Shown here in pieces: positions 20,801 through 29,480 of a stretch of DNA of 64,000 nucleotides (positions are counted from its first letter, which is position 1; every line of letters starts with the position of its first letter). The notes below the pieces were generated by a model that was not told the origin of the DNA, did no database searches, and saw nothing but the letters and a program-made list of their open reading frames with translations. The stretch lies in the IMG/VR virus record IMGVR_UViG_3300042562_000678, positions 607 to 64,606 of that record. One strand, 5' to 3'. This DNA comes from a virus (taxonomy: Duplodnaviria > Caudoviricetes). Position numbers and translations under genes: made by a program.

Positions 20801-23800
20801 GCGCAAACGCGGCGTAGCGCTCATTCACACGCCCCTCGGTGCGGCCAAGTTGTTCAGCCAGGTCGTCTATCTGCTTGTCCAGTTCTTTAAGCCGCCCGGT
20901 TGGCAACTTAGAAAATTTATCCAGCAGTTCTTGCAACTGCGGGGTGCTGGCCGTTTGGTTTCTGCGGTTTTGTTCTGCAACCAACGCATCGCGCTCGTCC
21001 ATCAACCGTTGCAAACGCTTTTCTTGTGGGCCTAATTCTTTTCGCGCTTCTTCCAACGGGCCAAACAAATCCCCAGTAGTGGGTTCTTGTTCTTTGGCTT
21101 TGTACGCGGGTTGTTCCAACGACACCAAGCGGTCGTAGGCTTTGCGCAAATTGTCGTTTTCTTTTTGAAGAAAGCTGCGTTGCTCTTTGAGCGCATTCAG
21201 TGCGTTGAGTTTTTCGCCTTTGGGTTTGCCCGCCCGTTTGATTTGGTCGTTAAGTGACGCGAGCAACCGTTCGTTATCCCGCAGTTCTTGAGCGAGTCTT
21301 TGTGCCGACTCAATGGGAAGCTCTTTAGCTTTCTGCGCTTTTTGAAGTGTGGATTTGGGCGCCGCAATGCTTCTACGTTCGCCGTCAACAGTTTCAAAAC
21401 TTACTGTTCTGGTTTTGCCTTCTTCGGTCTTCAGTGCACCCGGCAATAAACGATCCAACAAGTCGGCAACGCGCTCGTCAGTTAAATCTTCCAGAGATTG
21501 TTCGGGAGCAGCACGGCGGCGCTTCTCACCAATGGCTATGCGCTTTTCTACATCTGCCAACGATTCCCTGGCCGTCTCCAACTCTTTGGCTACGTCAGAC
21601 TTAACGCGCATCCCCGGCGCGGCTTCGGGTGTGCTCTCTTCAATGAGCTTTGCAATCTCTGGCTCAGTCAGTCCTGCCGTCAGAATGTCGTACAGCTTCT
21701 TAATCTTGGCTTTCTTCTGCCCTTTGGCCGCGTCCAGTTGCTCTTGAATTTTGAGCAACGACTGGCCGTACACATTTTGTGGAAATTCTTTTTTGGGTAC
21801 CGCGCCAGCAGGCGTGGGGGGTGTTATTCCCAGTGCCCGGTTCTTGATAGCTCCAAGGTTGCTTAAAAACGCTTTGTCGTCGGCAACAATTGACAGATCA
21901 ACAGGCGCTTGTTCAAGCTCCGCTTCAAGTTCTCTGACACGTTTGCTGAGTTCGCGGTACTGCTTGTCCCTGTCATCCTGGTAGCGCAAGTTGTCAGGTT
22001 CTTTTTCAAGCTTGGCCCAGTCTTGCTCTTTTTTTGCAAAACTATCACGCAGCTTCTTTGCTTCTTCTAAGCGCAACTGTGCCAGTGCTTGCTGCGCAGG
22101 GCTTTGCCCACGCCGTTGTGTCATGCGTTCAAACGCTTGCAGCTCGGCTTCTACTTTTTTGCGGCCAGCAGCAGATTGCTCACGCCCCTGCGCCATGGCT
22201 TCAGCAAGTGCTTTGTCCACGGTAATTTCAGGATACTCAAAGCCAAACAAATCTGCTTGCTCGGGCTTGTATGAAACTTCACCTGCCTCAGTGACACGCT
22301 GCTTTTTAGCACCCTCAGTAAACAACTCAGGGCCAATACGCGATTCAAGGTCTCTTATCTGCGGGGCCAGCTTCAGCACGCGTTCAGCGTCCCCCAACTG
22401 GCGGGCAGCATCGAGGTCTGCTGTCAGCTTTTTAAGTTTGGCTTTGTCTTTATCCAGTCCCGCAGGAGCAGCTTCCACAAACGGCTCATAGGCTTGCAGT
22501 TGTTCCAACGCCGCCTTGTGCTGCATTACCGTGTTGGCATGGCGCTCAACGTCTTGTGTGCTGGTCGCGTTGACCATCTTGTCTTGCGCGTCTTTTAAGA
22601 AACGCTCAAGCCCTGTCTGGGCGCTGGTCAAATCCGCACGGCTGGGGAGCAACGGAGCCAAAGATTCCTGCAATTGATTACGCTGGTTGCCAAGTTCTGC
22701 AACTTGCTGCATGTTGCCTGTTTTTTGTGCAGCAGCAATCTGGGTGTCCAAAGCCTGGATGCGCGGCGCTAAAGCCTGAATCTGGGCCAAAGGCGACCGG
22801 TCTTTGACTTCGGGAGCTTCAAATAACTGGGCCTGGGCACCCTTGGTTTGCATGCCCTCACGGGTTTGCTGTTCAAGCTGGCGCTGCTCTTGCCGCGCTT
22901 GTAAGCGCTCACGTACTCCAGGCTGGCGGTACTCATCCACCAGTGCGCGGGTTTCATCAGAGTTGACCAGTTCTTTGCGTGCGGTACGCGCTTCTTCGTT
23001 GTCGGCCTGGGCAACCAGATCGCCTTTGGCTGGCTTGACTTTGAGCTTGTCGTCCAGCGTTTTCATCTGCGCAATGAATGTGCCGTAGCGCTGCTCAAGG
23101 GTGTCCAGGTACTCGTCAGTTTTGCGGTACTCCGTTTGTTCGGCTTCTTGCTGCGCTTTGACCTGCTCTTGCTGGGCCACGGCAGCGGCTTCTTCTGTGC
23201 GTTGGCGCTCGGCCACGATGTCTTTGGCCGCACCCTTCTCGTACAACCGCCCTGCGGCACCAAACGGGGCCAGTTTGGAGACCTGGAACGCCGTCTGCCC
23301 ATACTCAGTCAGTGCGTCTTGGTCAACCAAAGACAGCCCGGCCTGAGCGCGTTCGATCATTTGCTGCGCAACTTCGGTCGGGATTTCCGCCAATGCACCA
23401 ACTGCGGTGCCCTTGGCCAAACTCTTGACCAAACTTTCTTTGGCCAAGTTTTCCGCGCCTTTTTCTGCGCCTTTGGCCAGCATGCGCTCGACGTTTTTGC
23501 CAAATACTGCACCTGCCAACGACCGTCCCAAGGGGATGAAGGTGGCGGCTACATCCAACGCAGCGGCGGGGACTGCGGACAACGCCGCAGTTAAGCGGTT
23601 GACATCCACAGGTTCGCCACGGGCTTTTTGTTCTTCGGCTTGGCGCTCTAAGAAACCGCCGTACATCTGGGTAAAAGACGGGGCGACGGCACCAGTAATT
23701 GCTCCGGGTAGACCGCCAAATGCGCCGCCCACACGCGCTGCCCCAATGGTTGCTGCCATCTGGGGGGTTTGCTCTGCCAATGCAGCAGGGACTTGGCTGA

Positions 23801-24176
23801 TGTATTCGCCAATCGCGGGGAAGATACCGCGCTCTTCATACGCCTTCTTGACCTGTTCAAACCCAGGCTGCTCGGCGTACTTCTCACCCAGTTTTTCTCT
23901 GCGGCCAAGCCCCGCCTCAACGGCAGCGTTACCGCCAAGCAAAGACTCAAGGCCTGTGCGTACCGAGGAGATGGGGGCTTCGACCCCCATGCCTAAAGCG
24001 CCAGCAATACCACCAATGGGTGTTTGACGGGGGCCAGTCTTTAACCCCAGCTTGGCATCAAACTCTTTGCGAGAGATGTCGGAATAGAATTTTCCATATA
24101 GCGCATCCGCAAGCGCCGCATCAGACAGATCAGAGTACTGTGGATACTGCTCACGAATTTCAGCTAGTGTGGCCAT
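14727..24176 (-). CDS. giant internal virion / polyvalent protein (zincin motif, LPD38-like C-terminus)
   Basis: 3149 aa; N-terminal IREQYPQYSDLSD motif of DNA-transfer proteins; long coiled coil; LVHEVTHAAT; C-terminal PFFNAQIQG...RIPIPYEIG. Confidence 0.85.
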   Translation of the reverse strand: MATLAEIREQYPQYSDLSDAALADALYGKFYSDISRKEFDAKLGLKTGPRQTPIGGIAGALGMGVEAPISSVRTGLESLLGGNAAVEAGLGRREKLGEKYAEQPGFEQVKKAYEERGIFPAIGEYISQVPAALAEQTPQMAATIGAARVGGAFGGLPGAITGAVAPSFTQMYGGFLERQAEEQKARGEPVDVNRLTAALSAVPAAALDVAATFIPLGRSLAGAVFGKNVERMLAKGAEKGAENLAKESLVKSLAKGTAVGALAEIPTEVAQQMIERAQAGLSLVDQDALTEYGQTAFQVSKLAPFGAAGRLYEKGAAKDIVAERQRTEEAAAVAQQEQVKAQQEAEQTEYRKTDEYLDTLEQRYGTFIAQMKTLDDKLKVKPAKGDLVAQADNEEARTARKELVNSDETRALVDEYRQPGVRERLQARQEQRQLEQQTREGMQTKGAQAQLFEAPEVKDRSPLAQIQALAPRIQALDTQIAAAQKTGNMQQVAELGNQRNQLQESLAPLLPSRADLTSAQTGLERFLKDAQDKMVNATSTQDVERHANTVMQHKAALEQLQAYEPFVEAAPAGLDKDKAKLKKLTADLDAARQLGDAERVLKLAPQIRDLESRIGPELFTEGAKKQRVTEAGEVSYKPEQADLFGFEYPEITVDKALAEAMAQGREQSAAGRKKVEAELQAFERMTQRRGQSPAQQALAQLRLEEAKKLRDSFAKKEQDWAKLEKEPDNLRYQDDRDKQYRELSKRVRELEAELEQAPVDLSIVADDKAFLSNLGAIKNRALGITPPTPAGAVPKKEFPQNVYGQSLLKIQEQLDAAKGQKKAKIKKLYDILTAGLTEPEIAKLIEESTPEAAPGMRVKSDVAKELETARESLADVEKRIAIGEKRRRAAPEQSLEDLTDERVADLLDRLLPGALKTEEGKTRTVSFETVDGERRSIAAPKSTLQKAQKAKELPIESAQRLAQELRDNERLLASLNDQIKRAGKPKGEKLNALNALKEQRSFLQKENDNLRKAYDRLVSLEQPAYKAKEQEPTTGDLFGPLEEARKELGPQEKRLQRLMDERDALVAEQNRRNQTASTPQLQELLDKFSKLPTGRLKELDKQIDDLAEQLGRTEGRVNERYAAFAQAREAERVADATEESVPTLEQFIDRLRKQGSLMTDDQLQNLYWSNRAKRDDALNTTGTDVPDQRTLPQFGLAQYVKVKQEVPKDELDAARTKYVDTQNLIESLRKALSATDSDGGKALRDLATKLQTTYENKTQVFGGATAGFKQAAAPYTNDRQRAYYEAIPAQVKKLLNMANMAQAAKKTTGNIPKELQVRLEKAQEEQTRAKEKLDVLEKRQRAYEQQQDVITGATPGQREAGRLMAGAGYRTAAGKLRTKPTKKASWGIESVPKTKEAKPSEVAKAAAEMARAANLVKAADRLAKPTNVTVADDIDELRQQLARAQKAAAGDTDKDNPAVRERNRLAQQLADSIKRTPSIPNVIVESQKKLDMLSSAVKALDPAANGTFAPEKTVDVMLEMERLQAELGEYVYRGGKLTEQQLSGAEAAEATAKLIQTKGADTPAALARTAKDYELAVNRVDSQLTELRKSLDKIKAEFETVAKNETTVDGETARKAPVVVEAKLAELIEKATPVDAAHTKAVALYKVARRDLLMFQYEMGKGVRQQYADAVAALQAETERQAKDPALAAVAKRNESNAAVLAQLQERLAKSQANLEKARAKERATPAPDNRTAEQKADDERQDRLEQLLKAPSAELAALPGTRIEVDTTGQLAQAVQNNAKRMLGLSQAALEKAVAKNDVAAVQKATADVQRYEKELAQALPAGERVTTAVGEAAAVGTPGTQPVVAGTRLGARKVGPLVRQAQRPPGQMLTGSGLDVKQGSQNPPRQAGAVRLRSYDLSPEAANAISLATLNKQVRAAEGDRKAELQAQYALQTEGLTKEQIAERLAEGKRLIGSDESMALIAQRENLRQATADLNKARTELNAAETAAEKSGVKDSPAVMVAQDALDQASNTIEMLEKRISRMREAEQASKQKRRTGATAEQEADSAVEEDVDKNAPVTRSQKAVGDFYFDEGDVAPTQYKTALGTQLSDRAIEEINDGSLIYALNDVAKNGATPLLRENAAKVAQFVRQTKVQVVSSITIDGKQYPAAYDPATNTVLLTQAGMTQEDLVHEVTHAATMRVIEMPEKDLTPLQRQAKRELEAMLKAIKGDKKFEGEYATADLKEFVSEAQSNDDLRTKMEQKPWFRGNMLVRAIRRFLNLIGFDTQELMTTRAQELIETIYMPSRSIQGVGRSAAAARPTSTIVGYEPTTTAKIKGNFYGLAGRVQLVDRLAAADAAIVAAEGADKLTSVEAFQAQYFMRMADKVTQAAGQFVTSGPVRIVADKRTTGTEYRYESVEGANLLRVSEHLEQATKASGRSADDIERMFTVLSAGARAEAIPNGWIRLNTGDAKAAKAEYDADKAYLNANPKVKQYMDAAAAEYRQYNAGLLDFAAQCDFLTPEEATRLKRVPYAPYYRVEDGVVKLFVEDERPIRIGNIKDNPDLQRMIGDNTKIMPILTSAVQNTYMLTRAALDNKAAYETSNAMYKAGFASKYGPGQGPANADTVHFKVKGKPYFATIDSDTFGIPAHLIVKGMEGIKTTLPQLVQMLGVPADILRKFITRSPAYAVRQIIRDPINAALLSGTDGVPVLNAIRQLAKMRNGQNTTQDELMRGLVVSSNVYTGNEKDMEKFLQDIQSGKGKWTKMMGMIDSAALQADVATRALVYESALKRGLSKAQAQFVAMESQNFGRRGLSPSMQMLSTMVPFFNAQIQGLDVLYRTLRGKMPFAQQMEIQRKLKARGMMLMAGAMAYAIMMQDDEAYKLATPEQRYGNFFVYIPGVKDPLRIPIPYEIGVLFMAIPQAIVDVAIRDTKASEAIKGIGKLLWQSAPGVVPVGAKPWLEAFYGQTAFGPIESQREKMLAPAERYRPGTTEVAKALGSFTGVVGVSPLMLEHFVKSYTSMLGISALHMLDPVFATGAGGEKASTPASKQPFVGGLFHSAEGRFLIDRAYERMDDIVQASNTYEGLLNKGQRAEARAFAQRQSNLIAMKDEAGAFRQEMGELFSEERAIRDNPRLTTAQKDERLDRLKRFENKIAERFYKQSERTTRQ

Positions 24177-24178
24177 TG

Positions 24179-25888
<1,710 letters not shown>

Positions 25889-25897
25889 GAATGTTCC

Positions 25898-27526
25898 TTA
25901 CGCCATTTTGGAGAGTGCCAGCTCAGCCAGACCTGCCGGGCGCTTGTCGGCTTTAACTTTGCCGCCCTTTTTCATACCTGCCATTCTGGCCATACCGTAG
26001 CCCGCCATGCCCAGACCTGCTAACTGCGACACGTTGCTGGGGGCCGCTTGGTACATGTTGGTGCTGGTGGACTGCATCGGGAGGCCGCGCAGCATGTTGC
26101 TCATAAAGGCCAACTGCTGCTGAGGGTACTGCTGCGCCATGGCGTAGTTCTGAATCTGCTGGTTCAAGATGGCTTGCTGCTGAGCCTGCTGCTGAGCGCC
26201 CAACTGATTTTGCAAATTGATGTTGCCAACCTGTTGGCCGTACTGCGTCTGGCCCAACTGGCCCAACTGACCAGCGGCTTGCAGCCCTGTTTGCAACCCT
26301 TGCATGCCGTAGCCTGCGCCAAACTGGCGAGACTGCTCCCCGGCTTGCTGCCCAGCCAAACCGTACTGTGCTTTTAGTTGCGCAGCATTCATGCCTTGGC
26401 CCGCGCCAAACTGTCGGGACTGTTCACGCATCTGTTGCGCGTTCATGCCTTGCTGCTGGTTGGCCAGTTGTGCCTGGAGGTTTTGCCCAGAACCAAGCCC
26501 TTGGGTTTGCAGACGTGAAGCCAGATTTTGCTGGCCGACATTGAACCCCATGCCTTGATTGGCCAACTGCGCTTGCAAGTTCTGTCCCGCGCCCAATTGC
26601 TGTATGCCTAGTTGAGCGCCAAGATTTTGCTGACCCACAGTGAGACCTGCGCCTTGGTTGGCCAACTGTGCTTGCAGCCGTGCGTTTTGCTCAGCGTTGA
26701 ACTGCTGCTGCGCATTTTGGAACGCGGCGTTCTGCCCTTGTGCTTGGATGTCGCCTTTCTGGGTGGCCAAGTTACGAGCGGCTTCAGCTTCCATCAACCC
26801 TGCACGGGAGCCACCAAATGCGCCAGAACGAACGGCTTGGCCAGCACGCTGGGTGCCTGCAATATCGGCTTGGCGCTGGGCTTCGCGTTGCTGGATGTCC
26901 ACTACATTTTGCATGTAGGGGTTCATGTATTGGCTGGCAGTTCCCGGCTGGTTAAAGCTGTCCGCGCTGACACGCTCGGCAGGCCCCATCTGGTATTGCT
27001 GCAACTGAGGCGCGTTTACATCTGCCGGGCCTTGCATTTGCAGGTCTTGCAACTGGGGGGCACTGACTTGTTGCGCACCAAAGCTCCCTGTTTGGTACTC
27101 TTGAGGCGCTTGGAACTGATTATCAAACTGCCCTGCTTGGTAGTTTGCCCCCATGGCGCGCTGTCCGGCCAAGCCTGCCAGACCAGACGCCGTATCCAAT
27201 TGAGGCGAAGTGCCCATATTGGCCGCGCCCCTGAACGCCTGCTCCTGCATGGGGCTGAACCCTGCAACGTACTTGGACGGGTCTTCGCTGAACGGCGTGT
27301 AGCCTTTTAAGCTGCTGGCGTATTTCTGCCCCGTGGTCGGGTCTGTCTCGTAGTTGTACAACTGCTGCTGGGTTGTGCCAAGCATCGTCTCTACATACGG
27401 ACGCGCATATTCAGGGATGTTTGTGTTGGACACAGTGGTTTGCGTAGGCGGAGGAGCGCCACCACCCCCGCCCATATACAGGCGCGGGCCCATGAAAAAG
27501 TCGAGTATGTCGGTAAATTTGAACAT
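25898..27526 (-). CDS. putative DNA ejection/pilot protein (P22 gp7-like position)
   Basis: Leader MFKFTDILDFFMGPRLY then GGGGG; Gln/Gly/Ala-rich repeats QAQLANQ and EQSRQFGAG; GAFGGSR motif. Confidence 0.65.
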   Translation of the reverse strand: MFKFTDILDFFMGPRLYMGGGGGAPPPTQTTVSNTNIPEYARPYVETMLGTTQQQLYNYETDPTTGQKYASSLKGYTPFSEDPSKYVAGFSPMQEQAFRGAANMGTSPQLDTASGLAGLAGQRAMGANYQAGQFDNQFQAPQEYQTGSFGAQQVSAPQLQDLQMQGPADVNAPQLQQYQMGPAERVSADSFNQPGTASQYMNPYMQNVVDIQQREAQRQADIAGTQRAGQAVRSGAFGGSRAGLMEAEAARNLATQKGDIQAQGQNAAFQNAQQQFNAEQNARLQAQLANQGAGLTVGQQNLGAQLGIQQLGAGQNLQAQLANQGMGFNVGQQNLASRLQTQGLGSGQNLQAQLANQQQGMNAQQMREQSRQFGAGQGMNAAQLKAQYGLAGQQAGEQSRQFGAGYGMQGLQTGLQAAGQLGQLGQTQYGQQVGNINLQNQLGAQQQAQQQAILNQQIQNYAMAQQYPQQQLAFMSNMLRGLPMQSTSTNMYQAAPSNVSQLAGLGMAGYGMARMAGMKKGGKVKADKRPAGLAELALSKMA

Positions 27527-27536
27527 CACAATGCCC

Positions 27537-27950
27537 TCATATTTTTGTTTCAACCACGGTATAACGCCGTGTAAATCCCTGGCTCTCCAAGAGACGCACC
27601 ATTGCTGGACGCCCTCCGGCTTGGATTTTGGTAGCACCCATGCCGCGCAACACTGCTTTTAACTGGTCCAGTACTGGCTCGTTGACAATCCCGGTACCCC
27701 CGGCGCTGGTCACAAACGCCACCCGATCATTGGGGTAGTTTTGAAAAGCAATTGTCATCGCCCCGTTAACTTGACTGTCTTCGTCAGTGGCCACTAACAA
27801 AGTCCAGTGCCCCAGCGTGACGTACATCTTGATCTGCTCAAGCGAGTAGTCATCCCCGCCAAACTTTTCTGTTGCAGCGATGAATTTCTCCACCAGCGGC
27901 CAAGTCTGGGCAGCGTACTGTTGCGGAACATGCTGGACAGTGAGCGTCAT
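27537..27950 (-). CDS. GNAT-like virion assembly protein
   Basis: Size, position (like P22 gp14 or T7 gp13) and pattern GATKIQAGGR...GF. Confidence 0.55.
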   Translation of the reverse strand: MTLTVQHVPQQYAAQTWPLVEKFIAATEKFGGDDYSLEQIKMYVTLGHWTLLVATDEDSQVNGAMTIAFQNYPNDRVAFVTSAGGTGIVNEPVLDQLKAVLRGMGATKIQAGGRPAMVRLLESQGFTRRYTVVETKI

Positions 27951-29116
27951 GCTGGCATGTACTTGGTCGGGTTGATCTGCTTGGCTTGCGACTTTTTGCC
28001 TGTCCTGGCGGCGCGAACCCTGTCCATCATCTTGTACAACTGCTTGGCCCCAGCGTCCGATGAGCCGTTACCCAAGCCCGACACCACATCGGCGGGAACC
28101 ACAAACTCGTCGTTGGCCAACCGGGCGGGTTGCTTGCCTGCAATGGTGGCAGGAATGCTGTCACTCATACCGTCGCCTGGGCCTTTGAGCATGCGTCCGC
28201 CACGAGCGTAGTCCGCGTAACCGCCCAGATCGGCCAAGCCCCCGCCCGCCATACCGGGCCGGGCAACCATCTTCGTGCCAGCTTCAGCGTCATACCGATC
28301 GGGGTCGTAGCTCAAGGGGGGAGTTGCGTACTTATCTTGCTGCTGTCTGTTTAGCAGACGTTCTAAATCAGCACCAAAACCTTTACCAACTGCCCCTAAA
28401 AACCCGCCGTCCGCCATGTTGCGGTAGTCTTTGTACACCGGGGTGTAGGGGGTGGGGGGCTTGACTTCAAGCGGCTTGTAGCGGTCTGGGTCGTACTTTA
28501 GCTTGTTCAATGGGCCGTCATACGGTTCTTGGCCGGGATAAGGACTCTTGCGGTCTGCCAGCATTGCCGCAGCCGCCAGGGGAATGCCGTATTTTGCTAC
28601 GGGGTTGAGCCCGCCGTACCAGTTAGCGGCGGAGTTTGCCATGCCTGCAATACCACTAGGAGCGGCGGGAGCCGCCATACTGGGAACCATTGCAGCCTGC
28701 TGTCCCACATACGGGGTAGCTATTCCAGACCCAATGGCATCAACACCAGCAGCACCAGCGGCGGGAAGGGCGCTAGCCGCAGCGGCGGGAGCGGCGGGGG
28801 CCAAACTTGCAAGTCCCGCCAATTGAGACGCCTCAACTGATCCAGCAGCAGCGGCAGCAGCCTGAGCCGGTGTTAACGCAGAGGCAGCTAAATACGCGCT
28901 GTCGGCAGCAAGTGCTCCAGCCGCAGTCCCAGCACCAGCAGCCCCGGCTCCCGCGCCCGCCGTCCCTGCTCCAGCAAGCGTCTCCCCACCAAGAGTTCCG
29001 CCAGAAAAGTACAAGGCAGTCGCTGCCGCGATCAACGGTGCGTTCTTAGACAGACCTAAATCTTTGTCAAGGTTGGCAAGGTCTTTGCCGGGGTCGAATC
29101 CGCCACCACCGCTCAT
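27947..29116 (-). CDS. putative internal virion protein
   Basis: Ala/Gly-rich N-terminus; conserved GPGDGMSDSIPA...ARLANDEFVVPADVVS. Confidence 0.7.
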   Translation of the reverse strand: MSGGGGFDPGKDLANLDKDLGLSKNAPLIAAATALYFSGGTLGGETLAGAGTAGAGAGAAGAGTAAGALAADSAYLAASALTPAQAAAAAAGSVEASQLAGLASLAPAAPAAAASALPAAGAAGVDAIGSGIATPYVGQQAAMVPSMAAPAAPSGIAGMANSAANWYGGLNPVAKYGIPLAAAAMLADRKSPYPGQEPYDGPLNKLKYDPDRYKPLEVKPPTPYTPVYKDYRNMADGGFLGAVGKGFGADLERLLNRQQQDKYATPPLSYDPDRYDAEAGTKMVARPGMAGGGLADLGGYADYARGGRMLKGPGDGMSDSIPATIAGKQPARLANDEFVVPADVVSGLGNGSSDAGAKQLYKMMDRVRAARTGKKSQAKQINPTKYMPA

Positions 29117-29152
29117 AGCGCACTCCTGGTTAATTGTTCAAATGGTAGCATG

Positions 29153-29479
29153 TTAGGCCTTTATTCGCAAAGGGTAGCTGGTGGCTGCGCCGCCTGAAGT
29201 GTCGTAGTAAATGTCGCCTGAACGCAGGTTGGCAAAGTCAGCTTGAGTTGGTAAGCTGATGGTGAACTGCCCTGGCGTAGTGGGGCTTGGTTGAGCAAGC
29301 GTTAAACCTGATACCACGTTGGCAGTCCCGACCCCCGCAGAACCAAATATTGCAGGAACCGGGGCGTTAATCTGGTTGAAATACAGCCGCAAGATGTTCA
29401 TAAACTGCTCTTGGTACTGAGCACTGTACTCAGTCGGGGCCGATGGCAAGCGTGGGGGAGCGACGGTTTTAAATCCCAT
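29153..29479 (-). CDS. structural protein
   Basis: AGGAG SD before MGFKTVAPPRLPSAP..Y...LRLYFNQI. Confidence 0.65.
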   Translation of the reverse strand: MGFKTVAPPRLPSAPTEYSAQYQEQFMNILRLYFNQINAPVPAIFGSAGVGTANVVSGLTLAQPSPTTPGQFTISLPTQADFANLRSGDIYYDTSGGAATSYPLRIKA

Positions 29480-29480
29480 G

